IMG/VR virus record: IMGVR_UViG_3300046534_001250
Location: 1 to 64,000 of that record
Source of the DNA: a virus
DNA length: 64,000 bases
Reading direction: 5' to 3' (one strand)
The translations under genes were made by a program, and so were the position numbers. A model generated the notes under the pieces. It was not told the DNA's origin, did not search any database, and saw only the letters and a program-made list of their open reading frames with translations. The first letter of the stretch is position 1; every line of letters begins with the position of its first letter. Shown here piece after piece: positions 55,464 to 64,000 of the stretch.

Positions 55464-58375
55464 TATCTAAACCTAAATCCAAGTAGTGAAACCAATGGGC
55501 TGAAATACGTTTCCAATCCACGAAGAGTCTTTTGGTTAGCAGCTGTAGCCCATACACATTTAATGTATCCCACATCTCCCCACAGATTCTTACCACTAGT
55601 ATGAACCTGGTTTGCCCTTTTATCAAAAGTGCTCTCTATCGGTAGTGCAATATCATAACACGCTTCGTACACAGCAACCTTGTACGTAAGGGTGGACCCA
55701 CTCCGGAAAGCAGCGTAAGAGAAAACCATACCTCGACTATAGTTTACAGAGTACTTGTTACGAGGGTTGAAGTCTGGGTCCCGATACAGGTAAGTGATTG
55801 AGATCCCAGCAGGAAGGCTGACTCCAACGCCAGTGTAAATAGAGACAGTGCCATCGTTTGCTACATACCAATCGCCATCAGCAACTACGTTAACTAGCGC
55901 AGTCTTTTGACTAACAAATGTAGCCACATCTCCGAACACAACTCCGCCATCGTTGTACCAGAGCACACCAGCAGAAAGGTTGAATGAAACTATACCAGCT
56001 GTATCCGGTAGCGCAATAGTTTCTTCAGCGTGCATAGGAACCAGTCCTAAGAATTCACTCTTCCCATTAAGGTAAGGAACTTCTACCGGTGTTGCACCAT
56101 TGTCAAACAGATTGACAGGAACCTTCAACGTACCAGGTATTAAGCTATCGTAGCTTAACCTGTATGCATCAATGACACTCGTTACCTGGTCTCTGGTTAT
56201 CTCAATAGCTGCAACGCCAACCATGGGTGAAAGCTGCTCACCAACCGTGTCTGCAGCATCCCTGGCAACAAAACTACTGTCGGGTATTGTAACTCCGACA
56301 GGAACGCCATCCTCGAACACGATGTCGTAAGACTCGCTAGGTAAAGGGGCAGCGGTCAAGTGCGTGTAAGTAAGCCTCGCCAACTTACTTCCCAGCTCAG
56401 AATCAAGCTCAAGGATACCATTCTGAAAGTCTACGAAGTATTTACTAGGGCCCAATAGGCTCCTGTTCGTCACCAGTGTGTAGGTGCTCATGTCTGAAAA
56501 AACCAAAGAGGTAGTATCAGCAAGCAAGTGACTATGAGGAAGGTTGATTGTCTTTTGGTCCTTCGGCATAACCACGGTATTAACAACGCCAGCAGCAGGC
56601 AGGTACTTGATACTGATCGTTTCTTTATCTGGGTCCGGGATAGTCTCAAACTTATGATGGAATCCGCCAGCCACTGGAGTGAACTTCATCTTCTCAGGAG
56701 AAACAACCATTGAAACCCGACTACCAGTACGTAATTGAGAAGGCATAACCAGTTCTCGATAGTCGTCAGCGAAGGACCATTGGCCAGAACTTACAGCAGT
56801 GTTGTCGACGACGTACTCTTGCTTTATGCGGTTTACATAAATGCTTATATCGTCAGCATCTAAACCATGATCTAGAATGTAGATCGGAAGCCCGAATGCA
56901 ACCTCCGCATCAACGCCCTTCCCGAGGGGGCGTTGACCAAAACGATCGCCCCTTCTGACAGTCCCCGACTGGAAGGTCCATGGCTTCTGTACCGACGGGC
57001 TATCTAAGGAGAATATAATGTTCGATTGAGAACGAGATGCTCCCTTGGTCTGCATAGGGTAATCAAACTTCATGCCGTCGGACCAAGAAGCAATACCACT
57101 CAACGCCCCATCTGGTCGCTCCAAGTCTAGGCGCCAAACGAAAGAACCACCTTGCCCATCGAGTAAGATTGTCTCCCCTCCTGGGTCTAGTTCTGTATGC
57201 TTCCAACTACCACCACCATCACTCGTAACACTAAGCGATGCATCGTAAGTACTAGTGTCCGCAGGAGCAATCTCTACGACCGGAAGTGCAGCATAGAGTC
57301 CTTTGGGTAGCTCAGATTCTAAGCTGTTTACTTGGCCACTGCTTTTGAAAGCATGTCTGCCAGCCCGTAATGACTTCACGCCTATGGCAAAACGCTTTCG
57401 TAACTGCTCGCCAACTACGATCTGGGTACTATGGTTCTGAATTAAACTGATTACCACGACTTGCGTTTCGACCGGAAGGAATATCATATTCCATTCAGAG
57501 TCAGTTCCTGCAGACTTAACATCATATGCATCGGGACTGCTACCAGGAGCTAAGTCTCTAATTGATGTCCCATCCGTTCCGAAGCGGATGTCTTCGATCT
57601 TGAAGGCAATACCGTCCCCGAACGAGATAGGCTCCATCGCAAGATAATTGATAACCTCTGGCTTGGAGAACTCAACAACAAGCTTGAGCTTTACAGGCCC
57701 AACGTCAAGCTTCTCAAACTCAAACCAACGACTAGAGTCTCCGGAGATTACATTCAAGGGGCTGACATTATTTACAGTGACTGCACGATTGCTATTGCCA
57801 GGTCTACCTACACTATCTCGCCCTACTGAAACCTTCTTGGGGCTAAGCGTAATGGTGTCCTCAATGGGAAGAGTGGCAATGCCTTGCTGCGTTTGTATAT
57901 TCAGAACAGGCTTCTCAACGAATGAGTCTCCGAGTCCACGCCAGGTAAGGAAGTTCTCAGCCAGTACGAAGCTACTACGCTCGTCGCTCCAAAGCTTAGC
58001 AGCCGCTCGCTTCTGCTGGATGGTCTTCTTCTTACCAACCAGCTGCATGAGAGTTATCTCTTGAGTATTTAACCTAGATAGAAACAACGTTATGAGCCGA
58101 CGCATCTTCGTTAGCGACGCCTTCACAAACCAACGTTGTTCCGTATAGGCGCTGTTCAGTTCGCTAAGCTCTTGGTACTGACCACTGGAAACCTCTTGCA
58201 ACTGAATGTCAAAAGTATTCAAGCGTTCAAACAAAGCCATGGCGTCAGACTCTACGCCAAGTCGACCCTCAAGCGTAGAAGCATACTGCCAGCGAGACAC
58301 AAAGTCTTTCAAGGCATCCGTTAGCGCATCAACCTCAGCTAAATACTTCTGATCTAAAACAATATTAAGACTCAT
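55463..58375 (-). CDS. Large virion structural protein (paralog family)
   Basis: Same layout; C-terminal SPLVSLLGFRF. Confidence 0.65.
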   Translation of the reverse strand: MSLNIVLDQKYLAEVDALTDALKDFVSRWQYASTLEGRLGVESDAMALFERLNTFDIQLQEVSSGQYQELSELNSAYTEQRWFVKASLTKMRRLITLFLSRLNTQEITLMQLVGKKKTIQQKRAAAKLWSDERSSFVLAENFLTWRGLGDSFVEKPVLNIQTQQGIATLPIEDTITLSPKKVSVGRDSVGRPGNSNRAVTVNNVSPLNVISGDSSRWFEFEKLDVGPVKLKLVVEFSKPEVINYLAMEPISFGDGIAFKIEDIRFGTDGTSIRDLAPGSSPDAYDVKSAGTDSEWNMIFLPVETQVVVISLIQNHSTQIVVGEQLRKRFAIGVKSLRAGRHAFKSSGQVNSLESELPKGLYAALPVVEIAPADTSTYDASLSVTSDGGGSWKHTELDPGGETILLDGQGGSFVWRLDLERPDGALSGIASWSDGMKFDYPMQTKGASRSQSNIIFSLDSPSVQKPWTFQSGTVRRGDRFGQRPLGKGVDAEVAFGLPIYILDHGLDADDISIYVNRIKQEYVVDNTAVSSGQWSFADDYRELVMPSQLRTGSRVSMVVSPEKMKFTPVAGGFHHKFETIPDPDKETISIKYLPAAGVVNTVVMPKDQKTINLPHSHLLADTTSLVFSDMSTYTLVTNRSLLGPSKYFVDFQNGILELDSELGSKLARLTYTHLTAAPLPSESYDIVFEDGVPVGVTIPDSSFVARDAADTVGEQLSPMVGVAAIEITRDQVTSVIDAYRLSYDSLIPGTLKVPVNLFDNGATPVEVPYLNGKSEFLGLVPMHAEETIALPDTAGIVSFNLSAGVLWYNDGGVVFGDVATFVSQKTALVNVVADGDWYVANDGTVSIYTGVGVSLPAGISITYLYRDPDFNPRNKYSVNYSRGMVFSYAAFRSGSTLTYKVAVYEACYDIALPIESTFDKRANQVHTSGKNLWGDVGYIKCVWATAANQKTLRGLETYFSPLVSLLGFRFR

Positions 58376-60434
58376 CGCGCTTGACCTTCAATAGGTAAGA
58401 GGTGATAACGGGAGAGACATATCCGTTTGAAGTCTCTGCTCTCATCATCATAACAGTTTTAAGTCTTGCTTTCATACCCTGCAGGGAAGGATCAAAAACA
58501 ATACGTCCATTACGCAATGTCACAAGGCCTTTAGGCTCAAGGTCTTGAACGCTCTTAGGCAGATACTGTATGCGATACAAGCTATCGTATTGAGGACTAG
58601 CCACCTTGATTCGGAACGTACCAGCGAGGGTCTTACGGAAGTTTCTCCGCAAAGTCATAGTGGCAGGCACTTCGGTAAGCCAGGTACTACCGTCATCTAG
58701 TGAGAAGGAGTAGTCTTGCCCAAGGACTAAAAGAGTGTCGCCCAAGTAGACGCTGAACGGATCGTTAGCCAGCTCTTTGATATACCCAAAAGGCGTTGGG
58801 GCAAACTCAACCAGCTCTCCAGAGCCAACATAATCCAAGGCTTTAACCGTGAAAGCATCAACAATAACCCAGTTAGAAGACTTGATATTAAAACTATCAT
58901 CATCACCTGGCGCACTTATAACCAAGGTGTTAGACACATCAGTAAAGCCATGCTCGGTAACAAATACAATCTGCAGTCCACCAGCAATGTATTCAGCAGT
59001 AGCTATTTTGACTTTCTCTGCCATGTATAGCACGTCAGGGAAGAGCTTACATCTTCCGACTTGACCCACTAAGGGAAGGTGTTCTATCTGTACTGGCAAC
59101 GAGTCTGGAATCGGAATCAAAGCCTTCAGCGCCAAGTCCGTACCATCGTAGATTTCAACTCCATAGTAGGTCTCGTTAGAAGCCTGACTATCGGGAAGAT
59201 TAATGTGCGTACCATCTTTATCTACAGTGATAGAGATAGACTCTACAGCAGTAGTGTGGGCAAGAGCCTGTAGCTTGTCGATATTGATTGCTGGGCTTTC
59301 AAAAAGCCCCAGCCCCCTATAAAGACGCAGACCTAATTCGATCGTTTCGATCGAGAAGTCATATATTTTCGCAGGAATAGATACTGTGTTTTCAGGTACA
59401 AGTTGAGACCAACCCAATCCGGATACGACGTCATTGAGCTTACGAGCATTAAGATCATCAAAGCGTACAACTTCGCTAGAGACGGGAGCAAACTGTACAA
59501 GCTTAACCTTGAGCTGCCGAGTCCTTACCGGTTCAAACAATAACGTCAAGTACAGGTCTGCGTCAATTTCAGTAGTAGTCAGTAATACTTCTTCTCCAGC
59601 GTTGTTGATGTACGACACGCTTTCCACACACACGGGAGAAGCGCCAATAGGTTTAATCTTTAAACTATTAAGCTCTTGCGGAACCGTCATCTCAAACAGC
59701 AACGTACAGTAAACCGGCTTGTGCAAGTACCTTTTGCTAGTATTGTCTGAGTGTCGCTTGGCTATAACATATCTAAAAGACTCGCCTTCGCGCAACACGC
59801 TATTGGGATCTCCATTCACCAGTGGTAAATGAGTGCTTCCAACATTAGTTTCTTCAGCTACAAGTACTACCTTTGAGACCAGTAGCGGTTCGGTGCGCAA
59901 CACAGGCAACGTGATCCCTGCAGCAGGGATAAGAGAAGCAATGTCTTCGGGCAATAACGTTCGTCCGGTTTTGAAATCTACACGCCATTCGCAATCAGCC
60001 CACTCGGTAGGAAGATCTTGAGGCCTACTCCAGCGATTAAGCTGTGCATAATTAAAGCCAGACTGATATGATACTTCATCTTCTGTCAGCATACTGCCTA
60101 GAGAGTGCACATCGGTTTGCAACTCAGATAGTAACGCAGAGTTTCTATCACGGAAGTTAGAGATATCGTGATTAAGTACACGAATTGTTTCAGCCAAGCG
60201 GCCTATCGAGAACTTAGAGTCCTTTAAATACACAGACTGTATGCCACTGCTGCTAATAGAACCAGGAAGCAACTGCGGGTAATCTACAACCCTATTCTCT
60301 TTGAGGTATTTACGAGCAAGAGAATCTATAGCAGACTCGCTAAGCTCAAGATGATCAACATCCGACACACGACGTCGAGCCGCTCTTCTAAGCGGCTCGT
60401 CCTGGTCGAACTTTTTTATTAGATTCAAAGGCAT
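58365..60434 (-). CDS. Large virion structural protein (paralog family)
   Basis: Same layout; C-terminal SPVITSYLLKV. Confidence 0.65.
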   Translation of the reverse strand: MPLNLIKKFDQDEPLRRAARRRVSDVDHLELSESAIDSLARKYLKENRVVDYPQLLPGSISSSGIQSVYLKDSKFSIGRLAETIRVLNHDISNFRDRNSALLSELQTDVHSLGSMLTEDEVSYQSGFNYAQLNRWSRPQDLPTEWADCEWRVDFKTGRTLLPEDIASLIPAAGITLPVLRTEPLLVSKVVLVAEETNVGSTHLPLVNGDPNSVLREGESFRYVIAKRHSDNTSKRYLHKPVYCTLLFEMTVPQELNSLKIKPIGASPVCVESVSYINNAGEEVLLTTTEIDADLYLTLLFEPVRTRQLKVKLVQFAPVSSEVVRFDDLNARKLNDVVSGLGWSQLVPENTVSIPAKIYDFSIETIELGLRLYRGLGLFESPAINIDKLQALAHTTAVESISITVDKDGTHINLPDSQASNETYYGVEIYDGTDLALKALIPIPDSLPVQIEHLPLVGQVGRCKLFPDVLYMAEKVKIATAEYIAGGLQIVFVTEHGFTDVSNTLVISAPGDDDSFNIKSSNWVIVDAFTVKALDYVGSGELVEFAPTPFGYIKELANDPFSVYLGDTLLVLGQDYSFSLDDGSTWLTEVPATMTLRRNFRKTLAGTFRIKVASPQYDSLYRIQYLPKSVQDLEPKGLVTLRNGRIVFDPSLQGMKARLKTVMMMRAETSNGYVSPVITSYLLKVKRDES

Positions 60435-60904
60435 TATTCAACTCTCAGGTTCACAAAGAAGCGCCGAGCACTAACAACTGGCGGTGTTTCAAACCTGACT
60501 GTAACATTTGTACTGGCACCAGCAGCCAGATCAATCAAAGGAATCTTAGTCCGGAGAATAGCGCCTTGAGCCCTAGTGACATAACCAGTCCAGGCACCAC
60601 TGTTGTTAGTGAGGGTCAAATACACACCTCCGCTAGCTTCAGCACCGTCTGCAACGCGTTGGCCCCACTCAAGCAAGTCATTGTAGTCAGTTGCTGGAGG
60701 AAAGGCAGCAGGGTTATCTACGTCGCCTACATTGGAGGCAGGAGCCAGATAGATACCAAGACCTGTTAAGGCGTCTTCGCCGTTATTCTTTATAGTGATT
60801 TCGATGTCACCACTAGGAGCAGGCGCATCAGACTTAACAACCAATGGGTCATAGATGATATCGCCCGAGAGAACACCGGTAAATTGCAAATCATTAATTG
60901 ACAT
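60434..60904 (-). CDS. Small beta-sandwich virion protein
   Basis: ITIKNNG..LTGLGIY; TAATG coupling. Confidence 0.6.
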   Translation of the reverse strand: MSINDLQFTGVLSGDIIYDPLVVKSDAPAPSGDIEITIKNNGEDALTGLGIYLAPASNVGDVDNPAAFPPATDYNDLLEWGQRVADGAEASGGVYLTLTNNSGAWTGYVTRAQGAILRTKIPLIDLAAGASTNVTVRFETPPVVSARRFFVNLRVE

Positions 60905-62994
60905 TAAAGCACCTTGATAGAAACAGAATTAGGGATGGGAAACTCTTGCCCATCTTCCACTAAGGCGATACCGTAATGATAAACCTGAGTAGTAACAGCA
61001 GTAGCATCAGTATAACTTATATCGCCATCAGTTGGGGATGCGACAACATGCAGCGACACCCAAGTTCCTTGCAGACTATCCTTCCTGTAGATGATAAGGC
61101 TGTCAACTGGACCTTCATAAGTCCATGACAAATCAACTTCGCCAGTAAGAACTGAAGTAGCAGACAGCTGAGTGGCAGGATAAACCCAACGAATAACAGG
61201 ATACACACTTGCATCTAAGTGTCTAAGCAAACGCTCTTCGGCCTGAACCTTGGTGAGTACTCCACCGTAATCTTCAAGCAGAGATAGCTGCGCCTCAATA
61301 ATGAACGCCTTGTTTCTAGGTGCAATCATTCCGTCTTCATGGCCAGCCAGATAGCTTTGCTGAATACGAGGGTTGCGAAGCAAAACAGCATCATTGACAG
61401 GTCGGGCACCTTGTTTGCGAACACCAACTACAAAGTAATCATCGCCAACTGGCTGTTCTGTTACTACTACTTCTGACAGGATAAGATAAGCATTTAAGTT
61501 ATCGTACCCAGCAGCATAAAGCCCAAGGAAAGTATTAGTATTATCCACAGCAGAGTAAAGAGTACCAATCGCGGTACCGTAGTTATAAGCTCCAAGTCCA
61601 TCAGTCATCTGAAGGTTTGGATGTGTGGCCCCAACGCCTTGTGAGCACTCTAGAATTTCGCCGTTGCTTCCTACAATAAGATAATGCAACGCATCATCAC
61701 CGGCAGATACGTCAGGAACCACGTAGAATACTACAAGCTTGTCAGCTACCCGAGGGTTCAAGCCGGGGTTGAGGTCAAGCTTAGTGACTTCGAAGTCTAC
61801 AGTGTTATAATAGGCCTGGACATCGACTGTCCAACTAGGATCAAGGTCGAACGCAAGATGAATAAAGCCACCTGGATTATCCCAAGAAGCGATTGCATCC
61901 GAGTTCCACTTCACATCTGTGTCCGAGAACCTAAGTCCGCTTAGCGCGCCATTAGTAGTAAAGGCAAACAGCAGGTTGCCATTATGATCCTTTACAAAAA
62001 CAGAGGCATGTAGTCCGTCGTCTGGGTGTACTCCAAGATGAGGACGTATGGTCTTGAGCACATTGCGGGTTACAAACCACGTTTCACTATTGTTCGAATA
62101 GATGTAGGGCTTATAGGGGGCAAATGGCTGGGTATCATATTCGGGTAGCGAGTACGACCTCTGGGAACCGTTTACCAACCCATTCACGATAGCAACATTG
62201 GTACGGAGGTACCAAGGATTATCAGCTTCTCGCACAGCAGGAATAACTGGGCGTAGCTGACTACGATCCATAGGCTTCCTCCACCAACGCGAACCGTAGC
62301 TCATGTAGAAGGTAAACCCGCTAGAATTCCGAGACTTACTATAAGTCGGAGAGCTATCGTAAAGGCGACCAGTGTCAGGGTCAATATCACGCCAGCCAGC
62401 TTCTGGAGCTGCTGGCTCTGCATTTAATAGCGTGTTTGTGGATACACCAGCTGAATCTTCTGACTGAATAAAGTAAAGCGCGTAAGCACCAGTCTTGGAA
62501 TTGAAGTAATTCCGGTAGTTGGTAAAGACCCTGCCGGCTTCGTAGTCAAACGAAATACCTTCCTGATGTTGATCATAACCATCAGAGCGCTGAATACTTA
62601 ACGAAGCCCGAACAGTATTCTCAGGCAAACGATGCATGTAGTAAAGCGGAACCTCAGACCCGTCAGAACCAAGAACAGTACGATCAGTAATCAAGACTTT
62701 GTCATACTGGCTGCTAAAGCTTCGAGTAACGCTAACGCTTTCCTGCGAACCGCTATCCGTCATACGAGGAGCATTAGCTGCGACACCGTAGCTCTTGTCA
62801 ACAATCTGCAGATTACGTTCTGGGCTAAGAGGCAGGAATTCTATATAGTCCAGGGCAATAGCATTAGCCTTCACATCACGCTTGTACCTAAAGTGTTCTA
62901 CTCTGTTCTGAACATAGTCTTCCATTGAGACAAGGAGTGTCTTCGGCGTAGCACTAGCGCCACCATCAGCAATAAGTTCAAGAGTAATAGACAT
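60904..62994 (-). CDS. Virion protein with C-terminal FN3-like domain
   Basis: VDLSWT...IIYRK...W...YTD...YHYGI. Confidence 0.65.
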   Translation of the reverse strand: MSITLELIADGGASATPKTLLVSMEDYVQNRVEHFRYKRDVKANAIALDYIEFLPLSPERNLQIVDKSYGVAANAPRMTDSGSQESVSVTRSFSSQYDKVLITDRTVLGSDGSEVPLYYMHRLPENTVRASLSIQRSDGYDQHQEGISFDYEAGRVFTNYRNYFNSKTGAYALYFIQSEDSAGVSTNTLLNAEPAAPEAGWRDIDPDTGRLYDSSPTYSKSRNSSGFTFYMSYGSRWWRKPMDRSQLRPVIPAVREADNPWYLRTNVAIVNGLVNGSQRSYSLPEYDTQPFAPYKPYIYSNNSETWFVTRNVLKTIRPHLGVHPDDGLHASVFVKDHNGNLLFAFTTNGALSGLRFSDTDVKWNSDAIASWDNPGGFIHLAFDLDPSWTVDVQAYYNTVDFEVTKLDLNPGLNPRVADKLVVFYVVPDVSAGDDALHYLIVGSNGEILECSQGVGATHPNLQMTDGLGAYNYGTAIGTLYSAVDNTNTFLGLYAAGYDNLNAYLILSEVVVTEQPVGDDYFVVGVRKQGARPVNDAVLLRNPRIQQSYLAGHEDGMIAPRNKAFIIEAQLSLLEDYGGVLTKVQAEERLLRHLDASVYPVIRWVYPATQLSATSVLTGEVDLSWTYEGPVDSLIIYRKDSLQGTWVSLHVVASPTDGDISYTDATAVTTQVYHYGIALVEDGQEFPIPNSVSIKVL

Positions 62995-64000
62995 TATTGG
63001 TACTGTACCGTAAGGCGGTAGCCGACATTGGCCACATGCCAGCCGGTGGTTGCTTCGGCGAAAACATCAATCGTATCTGTCAATGTATTAAGATACGCAC
63101 GCAACTCACCTACGTTAAGTCCGGCGCTATTAGAGGTGACAATCGGAACCCATATATCCCCACCTTGATTTAACATCAGGTTAAAGCCAAGAATAGTGTG
63201 TCCGCTATATCTTGAAACATCAATCCCGTCAGTTCCTCCAGATAAATCTAGACCACTAGCCACCGCACCTTTGATTATAACTCCAAACTTTACACCACCT
63301 TGAGTGGCTACAGCCTCAGCGCCTTTTACACCATCCTCAGGATAGATTGCTCCATGGAACTGATGGCCTGTACCACTGGTAGGAGCCGTATATATCAACC
63401 GGTTATTAACATCTTTGACAATCCTGCCGCTAGCAGCGGTATTATCAGGATCTCCAAAGACCACCTCTACGGTAGCAGTAGTCAATGGAGCCGCAGGAGA
63501 TAAGACACTGCCTGCAGCTTGTCCAGCATAGCCGAGTACAAGGTCACCGCGCATTACATTGCTGTCATTAACACTCTCATCAACTCCAGTTAGCCAGCCA
63601 TCTCGATGCAGGTACTGAGGTGCAAAGTTGCTAGGATTACTTGACGGTCCAAACGCTCCAGAAGCTCCTGGATATGAAAGCATACCTACAAGGTTTGCTA
63701 CGTCATAGAAAGGCCCACCCCAACTGCGAGGACTAGGCTCCAACAGCTTACGACGAAGGTCATCGATGCTGCTGGTAATATCAGTGCCTACAGTAGCAAT
63801 ATAAAACACATCACCACGAAGTATCTCGGCAGACAGATCAAGGTTGCCTACCTCTACGATAGTAGGAGTATTGTAATAATACTGACCCAAGTCATAGGTC
63901 TCGCCAGTGGTGTAATTCTTAAGATATAAGAAGCCATCAGGCAACCGATCTCCAGAGATAAAATTATCTATAAGTACACTAGGCAACTGAAGCTGAATGT
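62994..64000 (-). CDS. Virion/tail protein, 5' end outside window
   Basis: Frame open to window edge. Confidence 0.6.
   Translation of the reverse strand, partial: IQLQLPSVLIDNFISGDRLPDGFLYLKNYTTGETYDLGQYYYNTPTIVEVGNLDLSAEILRGDVFYIATVGTDITSSIDDLRRKLLEPSPRSWGGPFYDVANLVGMLSYPGASGAFGPSSNPSNFAPQYLHRDGWLTGVDESVNDSNVMRGDLVLGYAGQAAGSVLSPAAPLTTATVEVVFGDPDNTAASGRIVKDVNNRLIYTAPTSGTGHQFHGAIYPEDGVKGAEAVATQGGVKFGVIIKGAVASGLDLSGGTDGIDVSRYSGHTILGFNLMLNQGGDIWVPIVTSNSAGLNVGELRAYLNTLTDTIDVFAEATTGWHVANVGYRLTVQYQ

Noticed and set aside
1-64000. Alternative genetic code, and the many short antisense or nested ORFs in the track
   Set aside because: Known genes are full length under the standard code with all three stops used; shadow ORFs lack RBSs and motifs, except the nested EndoVII

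Overview
This window is 64 kb of a large, probably jumbo, dsDNA tailed-phage genome in the standard genetic code. The host is probably Gram-negative, inferred from ADP-heptose genes. All family assignments come from motif recognition by eye; no database searches were run. Positions 1-49.6 kb are mostly + strand and carry: a tRNA/tRNA-like cluster; a Lon-type AAA+ ATPase lacking its protease domain; an E2-JAB-E1-Ubl ubiquitin-like operon; PhoH; Whirly-like and SpoVG-like nucleic-acid binders; RecA; rIIA/rIIB; a DnaE polymerase in three pieces (one gene split, one group I intron); primase-helicase; ligase; ThyX; several nucleases; and ClpP. Positions 49.6-64 kb are - strand virion/tail genes followed by a GT9 heptosyltransferase-like gene and a HAD phosphatase. 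The best candidate for an undescribed system is a phage-encoded ubiquitin-like conjugation operon next to a protease-less Lon unfoldase ending in an IGF (ClpP-docking-like) tail, with a phage ClpP elsewhere in the window, i.e. a possible viral tag-and-degrade pathway. Other highlights: an EndoVII endonuclease dual-coded inside a stop-free insertion in a dNTP diphosphohydrolase gene, an anticodon-less tRNA with G3.U70, a Whirly homolog, and a possible tail-fibre heptosylation pathway.
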